Shown in pieces: positions 36,692 to 46,355 of a stretch of 64,000 bases of DNA. The stretch lies in NCBI GenBank assembly GCA_944372795.1, contig CALWAF010000002.1, positions 72,558-136,557 of the forward strand. Reading direction: 5' to 3'. The notes beneath the pieces are model-generated. The model searched no databases and was not told the DNA's origin. It saw nothing but the letters and a program-made list of their open reading frames with translations. The position numbers and the translations under genes were made by a program. Positions within the stretch are counted from its first letter, which is position 1. Every line of letters starts with the position of its first letter. The stretch comes from an uncultured Clostridia bacterium (GTDB taxonomy: Bacteria; Bacillota; Clostridia; Christensenellales; CAG-917).

Positions 36692-37694
36692 CCGGTGTCT
36701 GCACCGAGGCTCTGATCTTTTCCACCACCCCGGATTTGGCGAGTTTGCGCGCCTGCAGTATGCTGGCGCATATGGACTTGCGTTTGGAGGCGCCGTGCGC
36801 CTTGACCACCACTTTGTTCACGCCGAGGAAGCACGCGCCGCCCTGACTGTTGTAGTCCATCTTGGTCTTGACCTCTTTCAGCACGGGCTTCAGCATGAGG
36901 GCGCCGAGCTTTGCGCGAAGACCGCCCTTGTTTATGCCCTCCATGAGGATGGAGAATATCGCACCTGCAGTGCCCTCTGCGGATTTCAGCGCGATGTTGC
37001 CGTTGAAGCCGTCAGCGACCACGACGTCGAAGTCGCCGGAGAGCATATCGCGCGCTTCGCAGTTGCCCTTGAAGTCGATGTAAGGAGAGCTCTTCAACAG
37101 CTCGAATGCCTCGCGGTTGAGCTCGCTGCCCTTCTTGTCCTCGGCGCCGTTGCTGAGCAGCCCGACGACGGGTTTCACCGTGTCGGTGACGGCGCAGGAG
37201 AATGCGCTCGCCATTATGGCGAAGTGGAGAAGGTTGAGGGGCTTGCAGTCCACGTTGGCGCCGCAGTCACAAAGTATTACGGGCTTGCCCTTCACGGTGG
37301 GGAGTGCGGGCGCGAGCGCGGGACGGGACACGCCTTTGATCCTGCCCAACTTCATGTACGCCGCGACGAGCACCGCGCCGGTGGCTCCCGCCGAAACGAA
37401 CCCGAGCGCATCGGGATCGGACGCGAGCATCTCCAGCCCTTTGACCACGGAGCTGTCCTTCTTGGTCTTGACGGCGCTCGTGGGAGAGTCGTCGTTGGTG
37501 ATGACTTCGGGCGCGTGCACGACCTCGAGCCGAGCCACGTCGTAAGTCTGCCCTTTCAGCTCGTTCATGATGAGGGCTTTGTCGCCCACAAGCACGACGT
37601 GCAGACTCTTTTTCGCATTCAGCGCATCGAGCGCGCCCAGCACGATTTCGTGAGGTGCGTTATCTCCCCCGAGAGCGTCTACGATGATCTTCAT
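36672..37694 (-). CDS. plsX: Phosphate acyltransferase PlsX
   Basis: The start MKIIVDALGGDNAP follows a GGAGGAAG SD. The ORF is 340 aa. Confidence 0.95.
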   Translation of the reverse strand: MKIIVDALGGDNAPHEIVLGALDALNAKKSLHVVLVGDKALIMNELKGQTYDVARLEVVHAPEVITNDDSPTSAVKTKKDSSVVKGLEMLASDPDALGFVSAGATGAVLVAAYMKLGRIKGVSRPALAPALPTVKGKPVILCDCGANVDCKPLNLLHFAIMASAFSCAVTDTVKPVVGLLSNGAEDKKGSELNREAFELLKSSPYIDFKGNCEARDMLSGDFDVVVADGFNGNIALKSAEGTAGAIFSILMEGINKGGLRAKLGALMLKPVLKEVKTKMDYNSQGGACFLGVNKVVVKAHGASKRKSICASILQARKLAKSGVVEKIRASVQTPDGQTED

Positions 37695-37739
37695 TCTTCC
37701 TCCCCGCGGACGGCGGCACACCGCCGCATCCGATCAAGC

Positions 37740-37767
37740 AAAAAAAGAGAGCGGCAAGCGCTCTCTT
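37740..37767 (-). terminator. Rho-independent terminator or attenuator after rpmF
   Basis: The minus strand reads AGAGAGCGCTTGCCGCTCTCT followed by T6. Confidence 0.75.
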
Positions 37768-37773
37768 GTGCGT

Positions 37774-37959
37774 TCATTTTTCTTCTTTGGGCGCGACGAC
37801 TTCCTTGCCCTTGTAGTAACCGCATTTGGGACACACGGTGTGGCTCTTGATGAGCTCTTTGCACTGGGGGCACTCGACAAGTCCGGGAGCGGAGATCTTC
37901 CAGTTTGCGTAACGGGAATTGGTCTTGGACTTGGAGATCTTATTCTTGGGAACTGCCAT
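37774..37959 (-). CDS. rpmF: 50S ribosomal protein L32
   Basis: [16 protein letters not shown] with a CPQC..CPKC zinc ribbon. Confidence 0.96.
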   Translation of the reverse strand: MAVPKNKISKSKTNSRYANWKISAPGLVECPQCKELIKSHTVCPKCGYYKGKEVVAPKEEK

Positions 37960-38056
37960 TTATCTTTCCTCCGATTGTGGTTGTATTGCTTATAGTGCTC
38001 GTATGATTATATATAATCGTACGAAGGATGTCAAACGGTTTTGAGCAATTTGCCTT

Positions 38057-39265
38057 TTATGCCATCGCGGGAGCGGCGGACACCAAAGCCGCGGTCTCGC
38101 GGGCGATGGAGAGCTCCTCATTGGTGGGCAGGACGATGACCTTGACGTAGCTTTCGGGGTCGGAGAGCACGTGCAAACCGTCCATCCTCTTCTCGTTCTC
38201 CTCGAAGTCGAACACGACGCCGAGATAGTCCATGTCCTCCATCACAAGACGGCGCATATAAGAGCTGTTCTCGCCTATGCCTCCCGTGAAGACGATGGCA
38301 TCCACGCCGCCGAGCGCCGCCGCGAAGGAACCGATGTACTTCTTGATGCGGTATGCCGCGGCCTCCACCGCGAGCGCCGCCTTCTCGTTGCCCTCCGAGA
38401 TCGCCTTTTCGAGCACGCGCATGTCGGAATCGAGCTCGCTTATCCCCAGCATCCCGCACTTTTTGTTGAGATACTGCACGGTGTCCTCCGGCGTCATGCC
38501 CAGCTTCACGCGCAAGAACTCCACCGCGGCAGGATCGATGTCACCGCTTCTCGTGCCCATGATGAGCCCTTCGAGGGGGGTGAACCCCATGGACGTGTCG
38601 ATGCACTTGCCGTCCTTCACCGCAGAGATGCTGGAACCGTTGCCGAGATGGCAGATGATGATGCGGCTGTGCTCGGCGCCCAGATACTTCACCGCCTCTT
38701 CGCTGACGAACTTGTGGGAAGTGCCGTGGAAGCCGTATTTCCTGATCTTATACTGCTGATAGACGGAATACGGGATGCCGTACATATACGCCTTGGGCGG
38801 CATTGTGCTGTGGAAGGTGGTGTCGAACACCGCCACCATGGGCACACCGGGCATGACCTCTCTGCAGCTCTTGATGCAGGCGATGTTGCCGGGCATATGC
38901 AGGGGGCCCAGCTCCGCGTTCTTCTCGCAGATGCGCACCACCTCGTCGTCGATGACCACGGAGGAATGGAAATCCTCGCCGCTGTGCAGCACTCGGTGAC
39001 CGACGGCCCCGATCTCACTTACTGAGGAAATGGCGCCCGCCTCTTTGTCCACGAGGGCTTTGAGCACGAGCTCGATGGCTTCCTTGTGGGTGGGCATATC
39101 CTCGTCTATACGGAAGGATCTGCCGTCCGCCGTCTTCTGGGTGAGGGACCCGCCCTTCATACCTATGCGGTCGCAGAGACCTTTCAAGAGCATGGTCTCG
39201 TTCGCGATGTCGATGAGCTGATATTTGAGGGAGGAACTCCCCGCATTGATGACGAGTATGTTCAT
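38057..39265 (-). CDS. ackA: Acetate kinase
   Basis: MNILVINAGSSSLKYQL and FHGTSH motifs in a 402-aa ORF. Confidence 0.96.
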   Translation of the reverse strand: MNILVINAGSSSLKYQLIDIANETMLLKGLCDRIGMKGGSLTQKTADGRSFRIDEDMPTHKEAIELVLKALVDKEAGAISSVSEIGAVGHRVLHSGEDFHSSVVIDDEVVRICEKNAELGPLHMPGNIACIKSCREVMPGVPMVAVFDTTFHSTMPPKAYMYGIPYSVYQQYKIRKYGFHGTSHKFVSEEAVKYLGAEHSRIIICHLGNGSSISAVKDGKCIDTSMGFTPLEGLIMGTRSGDIDPAAVEFLRVKLGMTPEDTVQYLNKKCGMLGISELDSDMRVLEKAISEGNEKAALAVEAAAYRIKKYIGSFAAALGGVDAIVFTGGIGENSSYMRRLVMEDMDYLGVVFDFEENEKRMDGLHVLSDPESYVKVIVLPTNEELSIARETAALVSAAPAMA

Positions 39266-39272
39266 ATTCCCC

Positions 39273-40274
39273 TCACTTCACGGATTGCAGCGCGGTGATG
39301 GCGGCGACTGCCACGATGTCCTCTGCCACGCAGCCGCGGCTGAGATCGTTGACGGGAAGCGCGAGACCCTGCATGATGGGCCCCACTGCCATGCAATGGC
39401 CGAAACGCTGCGCGAGTTTATAGCCGATGTTGCCCGCGTCGAGGTTGGGGAAGACGAGGACGTTCGCCCTGCCCGCGACACCGCTGCCGGGAGCCTTCTT
39501 GTTGCCCACCTCTTCGCAGATAGCGGCGTCGAGCTGAAGCTCGCCGTCCACGTCGATGTAAGGATGCGCGGCTTTCACGAGGGCGTATGCCTGACGCACC
39601 TTTTCCACGGACTCGTGCTGCGCGCTGCCCTTGGTGGAGAAGGAAAGCATCGCGATCTTGGGCTCCACTTCCACGATCTGCTTCGCGCTGAAATAAGCCG
39701 CTTGAACGATGTCGGCAAGCTGTTCCACGGTGGGATAAGGGATGACGGCGCAGTCCGCAAAGATGAACGCGGGCGCGTGAGAATATTCGAAATGTTCGGG
39801 CGGGATCATCACGAAGCAGCTGGACACGCTCTTGATGCCGGGCGCCGCCTTGATGACTTGGAACGCCGCGCGGGAGACGTCTGCGGAAGAGAACACCGCT
39901 CCGCCCACGACGCCGTCCACGTCGCCGCACTTCAGCGCCGTGCAGGCATAGAACATATTGTTGCCGCGGATGGTGCGCAGTGCGACTTCCTCGGTCATGC
40001 CCTTCTCTTTGCGCAGCTCGTAGAGCTTCTTGGCGTACTTCTCGAAATACTTGTCGTTCGCGGCGGGATCGCGGAAGGTCACGCCAGCAAACTTATAGTC
40101 GGGATACTTTGCGCGTATCTCCGCCTCGTTGCCGATGAGGACGATCTTGCCTATCTTTTCGCGGGTGAAGATCTCGGCGGCTTTTGCCACTCTGGGGTCG
40201 GTGCCTTCGGCAAGCGCGATGGTCTTTTGCAGCTTTGCGGCTCTTTGGAGCAGATGATCGAGAAATTCGGACAT
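39273..40274 (-). CDS. pta: Phosphate acetyltransferase
   Basis: The 333-aa PTA_PTB-family ORF lies 7 nt upstream of ackA. A C-terminal NDLSRGC motif is present. Confidence 0.92.
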   Translation of the reverse strand: MSEFLDHLLQRAAKLQKTIALAEGTDPRVAKAAEIFTREKIGKIVLIGNEAEIRAKYPDYKFAGVTFRDPAANDKYFEKYAKKLYELRKEKGMTEEVALRTIRGNNMFYACTALKCGDVDGVVGGAVFSSADVSRAAFQVIKAAPGIKSVSSCFVMIPPEHFEYSHAPAFIFADCAVIPYPTVEQLADIVQAAYFSAKQIVEVEPKIAMLSFSTKGSAQHESVEKVRQAYALVKAAHPYIDVDGELQLDAAICEEVGNKKAPGSGVAGRANVLVFPNLDAGNIGYKLAQRFGHCMAVGPIMQGLALPVNDLSRGCVAEDIVAVAAITALQSVK

Positions 40275-40299
40275 AATTACCTCAACTTTCTTTATCTGT

Positions 40300-40328
40300 T
40301 TGATTTATTTTTCGACGGGATATATTAT
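40300..40328 (+). promoter_or_regulatory. Candidate promoter for tmcAL
   Basis: TTGATT, a 17-nt spacer, then TATTAT. Confidence 0.4.
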
Positions 40329-40372
40329 AGAACCGTCATCGGAAAAAAGCAAGAAATCTCAAGGAGTCTGTT

Positions 40373-41506
40373 TTGAAAATCGCAGCGGTCATCGCAGAAT
40401 ACAATCCCCTGCACAACGGGCACGTCAAACTCCTCAAAAAGGCGCGCAGGGAACTTAAGCCCGAAGCCCTCGTCGTGGTGATGAGCGGCTCTTTCACCGA
40501 GCGCGGCGACATCTGCGTCGCCGACAAGTACACCCGCGCGAAATGGGCGGTGGAATGCGGGGCGGATCTTGTCATCGAGCTTCCCACCGTCTACACCCTC
40601 TCCCCCGCGAAGTCCTTTGCCGAAGGCGCGTTGAAGACCCTCTCGATGCTGGGCGAGTTCACCCTCTGCTTCGGCACCGAGACAAAGGAGCTCGAGGAGC
40701 TGTCATACGTTGCGGAATTCATGCGCAGCGAGTCCAATGATATGCGCAATATGCTGCGCGGCTATCTCTCGGAGGGCTACTCCGTCGCAAAGTCCCGCAC
40801 CATGGCTCTCGACCTCATACACCCCGACTACGCCAACCTCGTCAAAGCGCCCAACAACATCCTCGCCGTGGAATACCTGAAAGCGGGCGCGGCATACGGC
40901 GACAGGGTGCAGTATCACAGTGTGGAGAGGAAGCCCGACAACAACCGCACGATAGTCTCTTCCACCAAGATCCGCACAATGATGCAGGAGGGCAAGGACT
41001 TCTCCGCGTTCGTACCCGAGTGCGTGAAGATCGAGCACCCCACGGATATGTCCAAGTACGGCACGGTGTCCACCTACTCCATGCGCACGAAGACCGCGGC
41101 GGAGCTTGCCGAGATCGCCAACATCTCGGAGGGGATGGAGAACCGCATCAACAAGACGGACTTCAACACTTTTGAGGAATTTCTGCGGCTTACCACCAAG
41201 CGCTACACCCGCTCCACCATCAAACGCATCGCGGCGTCCTCGACGGTGGGCATCACCAAGGATCTGGTGGCGCTTGCCCGCGACAACAAACCGTACACGA
41301 CGGTGCTGGCGGCAAACGAGAAGAAAAAGAAAAAGCTCTTCGCGCTGCTTGCAGAAAGCGACGGCTACTTCTTCTACAAACCGTCCGACTGCCCCGCATC
41401 CTCTCCCGTCCGTCCCCTTCTGGACCTTGACGAGAGAGCTGCGAAGGTGTTGCGTCTGTGCCGCGCGGACGAACCCGAGAAAAAGTCGGAAAACGAAGTT
41501 CAATAA
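40373..41506 (+). CDS. tmcAL: tRNA(Met) cytidine acetate ligase (YlbM/TmcAL, UPF0348)
   Basis: A TTG start follows an AAGGAG SD. IAEYNPLHNGH, VVVMSGSFTERG and APNNILAVEYLKA align with B. subtilis YlbM as I remember it. Confidence 0.85.
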   Translation: MKIAAVIAEYNPLHNGHVKLLKKARRELKPEALVVVMSGSFTERGDICVADKYTRAKWAVECGADLVIELPTVYTLSPAKSFAEGALKTLSMLGEFTLCFGTETKELEELSYVAEFMRSESNDMRNMLRGYLSEGYSVAKSRTMALDLIHPDYANLVKAPNNILAVEYLKAGAAYGDRVQYHSVERKPDNNRTIVSSTKIRTMMQEGKDFSAFVPECVKIEHPTDMSKYGTVSTYSMRTKTAAELAEIANISEGMENRINKTDFNTFEEFLRLTTKRYTRSTIKRIAASSTVGITKDLVALARDNKPYTTVLAANEKKKKKLFALLAESDGYFFYKPSDCPASSPVRPLLDLDERAAKVLRLCRADEPEKKSENEVQ

Positions 41507-41569
41507 CACATAACTGCACGATAAAGCAGCGATTTGCGTTGGTCACGCAGTCGCGTTTCGGGGGAAAAG

Positions 41570-43969
41570 ATGAACTTTTTCAAGAAGATAGAAAGGAATT
41601 TTTCGCTGCTCGTCAACAAACTTGCGGGCGGCACCATGCAGAACGTCAACACGGGAGAAGTGAAGGGCGAAGCCTTCCCGGGCATTGCGGCTGCGGCAAG
41701 AAAAGCCGCCGCAGACGGCAGCGTGCTCCTCGTCAACGACGGGGTGCTCCCTCTTGCCGCGGAGTGCAGAGTCGCCCTCTTCGGCAGGGTGCAGTCGGAT
41801 TGGTTCTATGTCGGCTACGGCTCCGGCGGCGACGTGCGCGCACCCTATCTCATCTCCCCGGTCGAAGGATTGAAGCGTGCGGGAGTGAAACTCGACCCCG
41901 TCCTGCTCTCCCTCTATAATGATTGGAGAGCGAAAAATCCCGTAGACCCCGGCTTTTGGGGACACTGGCCCCTTTCCCACCCCGAGATGCCCCTCTCGGA
42001 GGACGTCGTCAAGGAGGCGGCGAAAAGATGCGATGTCGCCGTCATACTCATCGGACGCTCCGCGGGAGAAGACCGTGACTGCGCCGAGCGTCCCGGCAGC
42101 TATTACCTCACCGCTGCGGAAAAGGCTCTGATCTCTTCCGTGGAGCGCGCATTCACGCGCACCGTCGTCGTGCTGGACATCGGCTCTCCCATCGACTTCG
42201 CGTGGACGGAGGAACTGCCCCCGTCGGCGTTGCTCGTCGTATGGCAGGGCGGCATGGAGAGCGGAAACGCGCTTGCCGACATCCTGACCGGAAAGAGTGA
42301 GCCGGGCGGCAGACTGACGGACACGATCGCGCGCAGATACGCCGACTACCCTTCCTCGAAGTCGTTCGGAAACAAGGAATACAACGAGTACACCGAAGAC
42401 ATTTATGTGGGCTACCGCTACTTCGAGACCTTCGCGCGTGACAAAGTGCTCTTCCCCTTCGGTGCGGGAGAGGGCTACACCACCTTCTCCTTCGAGGACG
42501 CGAAGATCGACTGCACCGAGGAGCGCGTCGCGGTCACGGCAGACGTCGTGAACACGGGCGAACGCCGCGGACGCGAAGTCGCACAACTCTATATCGCACC
42601 TCCGCGCGGAGGCATACCGCGTCCCACAAGGGAGCTTGCCGCGTTTGCAAAAACTCCCCCCGTCGGGAATGGCGAAAGGTGCACCGTTGCCCTCTCCTTC
42701 GACATCGCGGACATCGCGGCATTCGACGACAAAAACACCGAATGGGTGGTTGAAAGAGGCGAATACGCACTTTATCTGGGCAAAAACGTCAGAGACGCGG
42801 CATTCATCGGAAACTTTGAGGTGGCGGAGACCCTCCGCGTCCCCGTACGTTCCGCGGGTGCGCCCGTGCTGCCTTTCAAGCGTCTCACGTCATCGGGTGG
42901 CAAACCCGTCTGCGAGGACGTCCCCCTTTCGAAGGTGGATCTGCGCGCACGCATAGCGAGCGCCGTCCCCGACGCTCTCCCCCGCCCCTCCCGTCCCGTG
43001 ACTTTCGCGGACGTGAAGAGAGGCGCTGCCACGCCCGAAGAACTTGCGGCGTGTCTTTCGGACGAGGAGCTGGAGGCGATCTCGCGCGGGGATTACACGA
43101 TGAACAGTCCCTTGGGTGCGGCAGGCAATGCGGGCGCCATCGGCGGCGTGTCCGAGAGCCTGCGCGCAAAGGGTATCCCCGCCGCTATCACGACGGACGG
43201 ACCCTCGGGCATCCGACTCTCCGCATGTTGTTCCCTGCTGCCCTCCGGCATATGCCTTGCGTCCTCGTGGGACACCGAGGGCACGGAGGCGCTCATGGCT
43301 CTCGTCGGCGCAGAGATGAGGGCGCGCGGCTCCGACATCCTGCTCGCTCCCGGCATGAACATCCACCGCAACCCTTTGGGCGGGAGAAACTTCGAGTACT
43401 TCTCGGAAGACCCTCTCATCACGGGGAAGATCGCCGCAGCGTACATAAGAGGGGTGCAGTCGCAGGGAGTCTCGGCGTGTCCCAAGCACTTTGCGTGCAA
43501 CAATCAGGAGCGCAACCGTACGCACAACGATTCCCGACTTTCGGAGCGCGCGCTGCGCGAGATATACCTCAAAGGTTTCTCCATAGCCGTGAAAGAGGGC
43601 AAACCCCTCAACATCATGACCTCATACAACAAGATCAACGGCGTATGGGGGCACTACAACTACGACCTCTGCACCACCGTCCTGCGCGGCGAGTGGGGTT
43701 ACGACGGCTGCGTGATGACGGACTGGTGGATGCGCTATGCGCCGAGCCCCGAATTCCCCGCCCTGCGCGGCAACGCGTACAGAGTGCGGGCGGGCGTGGA
43801 CGTCCTGATGCCGGGCGGCAAGCGCACGGGCGGACGCAAACCCGACGGTACTCTGCTCGAGACGCTGGGCAAGAGCGAAGGCATCTCGCGCGGGGAACTG
43901 CAACGCACAGCGGCGGCAGTGATAAGGATGCTGACGCGGCTAGACACCCTGCCTCGCTCCGACAAATAG
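41570..43969 (+). CDS. Glycoside hydrolase family 3 beta-glucosidase-like enzyme with permuted domain order
   Basis: The start is taken at MNFFKK. The catalytic-barrel motifs KHFACNNQE and GCVMTDWW lie in the C-terminal third. The alpha/beta-sandwich and FnIII-like parts are N-terminal. Confidence 0.85.
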   Translation: MNFFKKIERNFSLLVNKLAGGTMQNVNTGEVKGEAFPGIAAAARKAAADGSVLLVNDGVLPLAAECRVALFGRVQSDWFYVGYGSGGDVRAPYLISPVEGLKRAGVKLDPVLLSLYNDWRAKNPVDPGFWGHWPLSHPEMPLSEDVVKEAAKRCDVAVILIGRSAGEDRDCAERPGSYYLTAAEKALISSVERAFTRTVVVLDIGSPIDFAWTEELPPSALLVVWQGGMESGNALADILTGKSEPGGRLTDTIARRYADYPSSKSFGNKEYNEYTEDIYVGYRYFETFARDKVLFPFGAGEGYTTFSFEDAKIDCTEERVAVTADVVNTGERRGREVAQLYIAPPRGGIPRPTRELAAFAKTPPVGNGERCTVALSFDIADIAAFDDKNTEWVVERGEYALYLGKNVRDAAFIGNFEVAETLRVPVRSAGAPVLPFKRLTSSGGKPVCEDVPLSKVDLRARIASAVPDALPRPSRPVTFADVKRGAATPEELAACLSDEELEAISRGDYTMNSPLGAAGNAGAIGGVSESLRAKGIPAAITTDGPSGIRLSACCSLLPSGICLASSWDTEGTEALMALVGAEMRARGSDILLAPGMNIHRNPLGGRNFEYFSEDPLITGKIAAAYIRGVQSQGVSACPKHFACNNQERNRTHNDSRLSERALREIYLKGFSIAVKEGKPLNIMTSYNKINGVWGHYNYDLCTTVLRGEWGYDGCVMTDWWMRYAPSPEFPALRGNAYRVRAGVDVLMPGGKRTGGRKPDGTLLETLGKSEGISRGELQRTAAAVIRMLTRLDTLPRSDK

Positions 43970-43982
43970 CACATCGCACATC

Positions 43983-44008
43983 GGCGCGCCTTCGGGCGCG
44001 CTTTTCTT
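43983..44008 (+). terminator. Rho-independent terminator after the GH3 gene
   Basis: GGCGCGCC-TTCG-GGCGCGC followed by TTTTCTT. Confidence 0.85.
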
Positions 44009-44039
44009 CGAGCATTGTAAAGCGGAAAAGCGCATAAAA

Positions 44040-45017
44040 TTGGGAGTGAAACTTCCTCACCTCAAAAAGGCGCTCCCGGTGCTTGCGGTCGGCGCGTTCA
44101 TGATAATGCTGGTGGCAAAGCCTGACTATTTTCTGGACTCTGCCTCGCGCGGGCTGCTGCTCTTTGCCTCATCCGTGCTGCCCACGGTGTTCCCCTTTTT
44201 CTTCTGCTCGACACTGCTTACGGCTATGGGAGCGGCGTCATCCCTCTCGCGCATGGGAGCAAAACCCGTACGCGCCATGTTCAACGCTCCGCCTTCCGGC
44301 GCATACGTGCTCGCGCTTTCCCTTCTCGGCGGCTATCCCGTCGGCGCCGCCACCGTCGCCGACCTGTACGCAAAAGGCATCGTGAACGAGACGGACGCGA
44401 AACGCATCGCTTCATTCACATCGACATCGGGGCCCATATTCGTACTGGGCACCGTAGGCTCCGCCATCTTCGGAGATCCCGCCGTCGGCGCCCTCATCCT
44501 CGCCGCCCACTACGCCGCAGCCGTCACCACGGGGTTGGTGTTCAGAGGACGGAAAAAGAGCGCCGACATCTCCCCCGTCTTCCTCGCGGGGTGCGACACC
44601 GATTCCGCCCTTTCAAACAGCATATCCTCCTCCACGCTCGCCATGCTCGCCGTAGGCGGCTATGTGGTGGTGGGCAATATGCTCATCGACGCGCTCTCCC
44701 TCTCGGGGCTCAACGCTCTCATCACACGCATCCCCGACGCCAACGCGGCGCACACTCTCAACGCCCTTCTCGCGGGTGCGGTGGAAATGACGCGCGGCAC
44801 AATTCTGTCGAGCGAAATCCCCTTCTCTCCACTTGCGGTCGCATGCGCGTGCGCAGTGGTATCCTTCGGCGGACTATCCGTCATGTTGCAAAGTTACACT
44901 TTCCTTTCGCGCTGCAAGATGAGTTTTACTGCCCTCGCCGCTCGCAAATGCGTGCAGTGTACAGCCGCATTTATATACGCCTTTATATTTTCACTCATTT
45001 TTTTCACCAATTTATGA
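44040..45017 (+). CDS. ylbJ: YlbJ-like sporulation integral membrane protein (nucleoside-recognition/Gate domain)
   Basis: 325-aa polytopic ORF. PDYFLDSASRGLLLFASSVLPTVFPFFF resembles the YlbJ N-terminus. The start codon is uncertain. Confidence 0.55.
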   Translation: MGVKLPHLKKALPVLAVGAFMIMLVAKPDYFLDSASRGLLLFASSVLPTVFPFFFCSTLLTAMGAASSLSRMGAKPVRAMFNAPPSGAYVLALSLLGGYPVGAATVADLYAKGIVNETDAKRIASFTSTSGPIFVLGTVGSAIFGDPAVGALILAAHYAAAVTTGLVFRGRKKSADISPVFLAGCDTDSALSNSISSSTLAMLAVGGYVVVGNMLIDALSLSGLNALITRIPDANAAHTLNALLAGAVEMTRGTILSSEIPFSPLAVACACAVVSFGGLSVMLQSYTFLSRCKMSFTALAARKCVQCTAAFIYAFIFSLIFFTNL

Positions 45018-45098
45018 CATAATTTGTTGACTATCGGGCTTTGAGGTCAATATCCTTTCCGTATCGGGCATTTTGCCCAGAACTCTCGGAGGAAAATT

Positions 45099-45593
45099 AT
45101 GACCGAAAACCGATGCAACACTGTGCTTGTTGCTTATTCTGCTTTGCCAAAAATTCTGAAAGACCACGATCTAGCCTTCAAAACCCGCCTGAACAGCAGC
45201 TTTATGAGCCGACATTTGCGCGCCGGCGTCTCCACGGAAGCGCTTGTTACGGAAATGCTGCAAATTAATGAGCGAAAAGCCGCCGCTCTCACCCTTGCGG
45301 ACATCGTGCGCACCGCACTCACCACCCTTCCCGCACCCCTTTCCGAAGCCCTCGTACTGCGCTTCGTGAAAGGCAAAACTTTTCAGGAGATAGCCCTAAA
45401 ACAAAACGTCACCCTGCGCACTGCGTTCAGACGCTTCGATCGCGCCCGTGAACTCTTCACCGCAGCGCTCGACAAGCTGGGACTCACCGAACGAGTCTTT
45501 GCGGACACCTATCTCACCGATCCCGCCATAGCAGCCGCGGTCTCCCGCCTCGACGACGGCGCCTACTTCACCGCAAAAAGCCAAAACGTTTGA
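45099..45593 (+). CDS. Sigma-70 region-4-type HTH protein (164 aa)
   Basis: A strong GGAGGA SD is present. LSEALVLRFVKGKTFQEIALKQNVTLRTAFRRFDRARE looks like sigma-70 region 4. No region 2 is recognisable. Confidence 0.5.
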   Translation: MTENRCNTVLVAYSALPKILKDHDLAFKTRLNSSFMSRHLRAGVSTEALVTEMLQINERKAAALTLADIVRTALTTLPAPLSEALVLRFVKGKTFQEIALKQNVTLRTAFRRFDRARELFTAALDKLGLTERVFADTYLTDPAIAAAVSRLDDGAYFTAKSQNV

Positions 45594-45659
45594 CGAGAGA
45601 AAGTATTTGCACTTACTGTGGGTTTCGTCGGGTTCGAAGGCAGAACGTGTGCACGTACC

Positions 45660-45731
45660 CTGACATGGGAGTATTGTTCCCCCACCTTCCCTTCGGGATA
45701 AAGTGCTATCCTCTGACATTGGAGTATTGTT
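45660..45731 (+). repeat. Direct repeat pair CTGACATKGGAGTATTGTT (53-bp period)
   Basis: Copies at 45660-45678 and 45713-45731 match at 18 of 19 positions. Each is followed by a C-rich tract ending in a small hairpin. Confidence 0.8.
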
Positions 45732-45751
45732 TACCCCCTTCCTGCGGGTTT

Positions 45752-45797
45752 CCCCCGAAATCGTTCCCCCTTAAAAGGGGACCCACCATTTCGGGGG
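45752..45797 (+). other. Nested hairpin with a perfect 10-bp outer stem
   Basis: CCCCCGAAAT (45752-45761) pairs with ATTTCGGGGG (45788-45797). The stem encloses CCCC-TTAAAA-GGGG. Confidence 0.75.
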
Positions 45798-46169
45798 ACA
45801 CCTTCGGCACTCGGGCACGAGGGCGTCCGAGGACGGCGCCTCCACGGCGCCGCCATGTTATGCCGCTTGCAATGCGCCCGCTTCGCGAAGAGAGTGGCGC
45901 ATTGCCGGCGCACTTCACGTCAGCCCTCGGCACTCATACGGTCGCCGCGGCGCTCAAGAGGGCTTCGCCCTGTGAGCGCTTGGTGAGCGGCTCCACTCCG
46001 AACTAGATAACGTTGTGTCAAGCGACGTCACGTTCGGGGGTTTTGTTAGACCGTCTCCGAAAGAGAAACATCGTGCTCAAAGACGCTCTGTCAAGCTGTC
46101 CGTCGTATTCAAGCACGCTCCGAATAAGTGTTCGTCTCAAGCGAATCCCGCCCGCCAGCACACGCTATG

Positions 46170-46216
46170 GCGGCGCCCGCGAGAGAGGATTCTCTCGCGG
46201 GCGCCGCACTTTTATT
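46170..46216 (+). terminator. Very strong plus-strand intrinsic terminator with no ORF upstream
   Basis: A perfect 17-bp stem (46170-46186 with 46191-46207) has the loop GGAT and is followed by ACTTTTATT. Confidence 0.75.
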
Positions 46217-46315
46217 GTCCGTCTCTTTACCTCCCCTCTTTTTGTCAAGGAACAGCGCCGAAAAATTTTTGGGTTTCACTCAACAAATTTTTCGCGCCCT
46301 TGACAACGACGACAA

Positions 46316-46355
46316 GTTAAAATCAAAACACGCGCGGAGCGGTCGCCCGCTCCGC
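46316..46355 (-). terminator. Possible terminator of the ABC exporter operon
   Basis: The 9-bp stem GCGGAGCGG/CCGCTCCGC (46334-46355) is followed on the minus strand by CGCGTGTTTTGATTTT. Confidence 0.45.

Noticed and set aside
45590-46006. 138-aa ORF and overlapping 60-107-aa ORFs in the 45.6-46.5 kb region
   Set aside because: The translations are low-complexity and rich in R, P, G and C. They have no SDs, and the ORFs overlap each other on both strands, so they are not credible genes.
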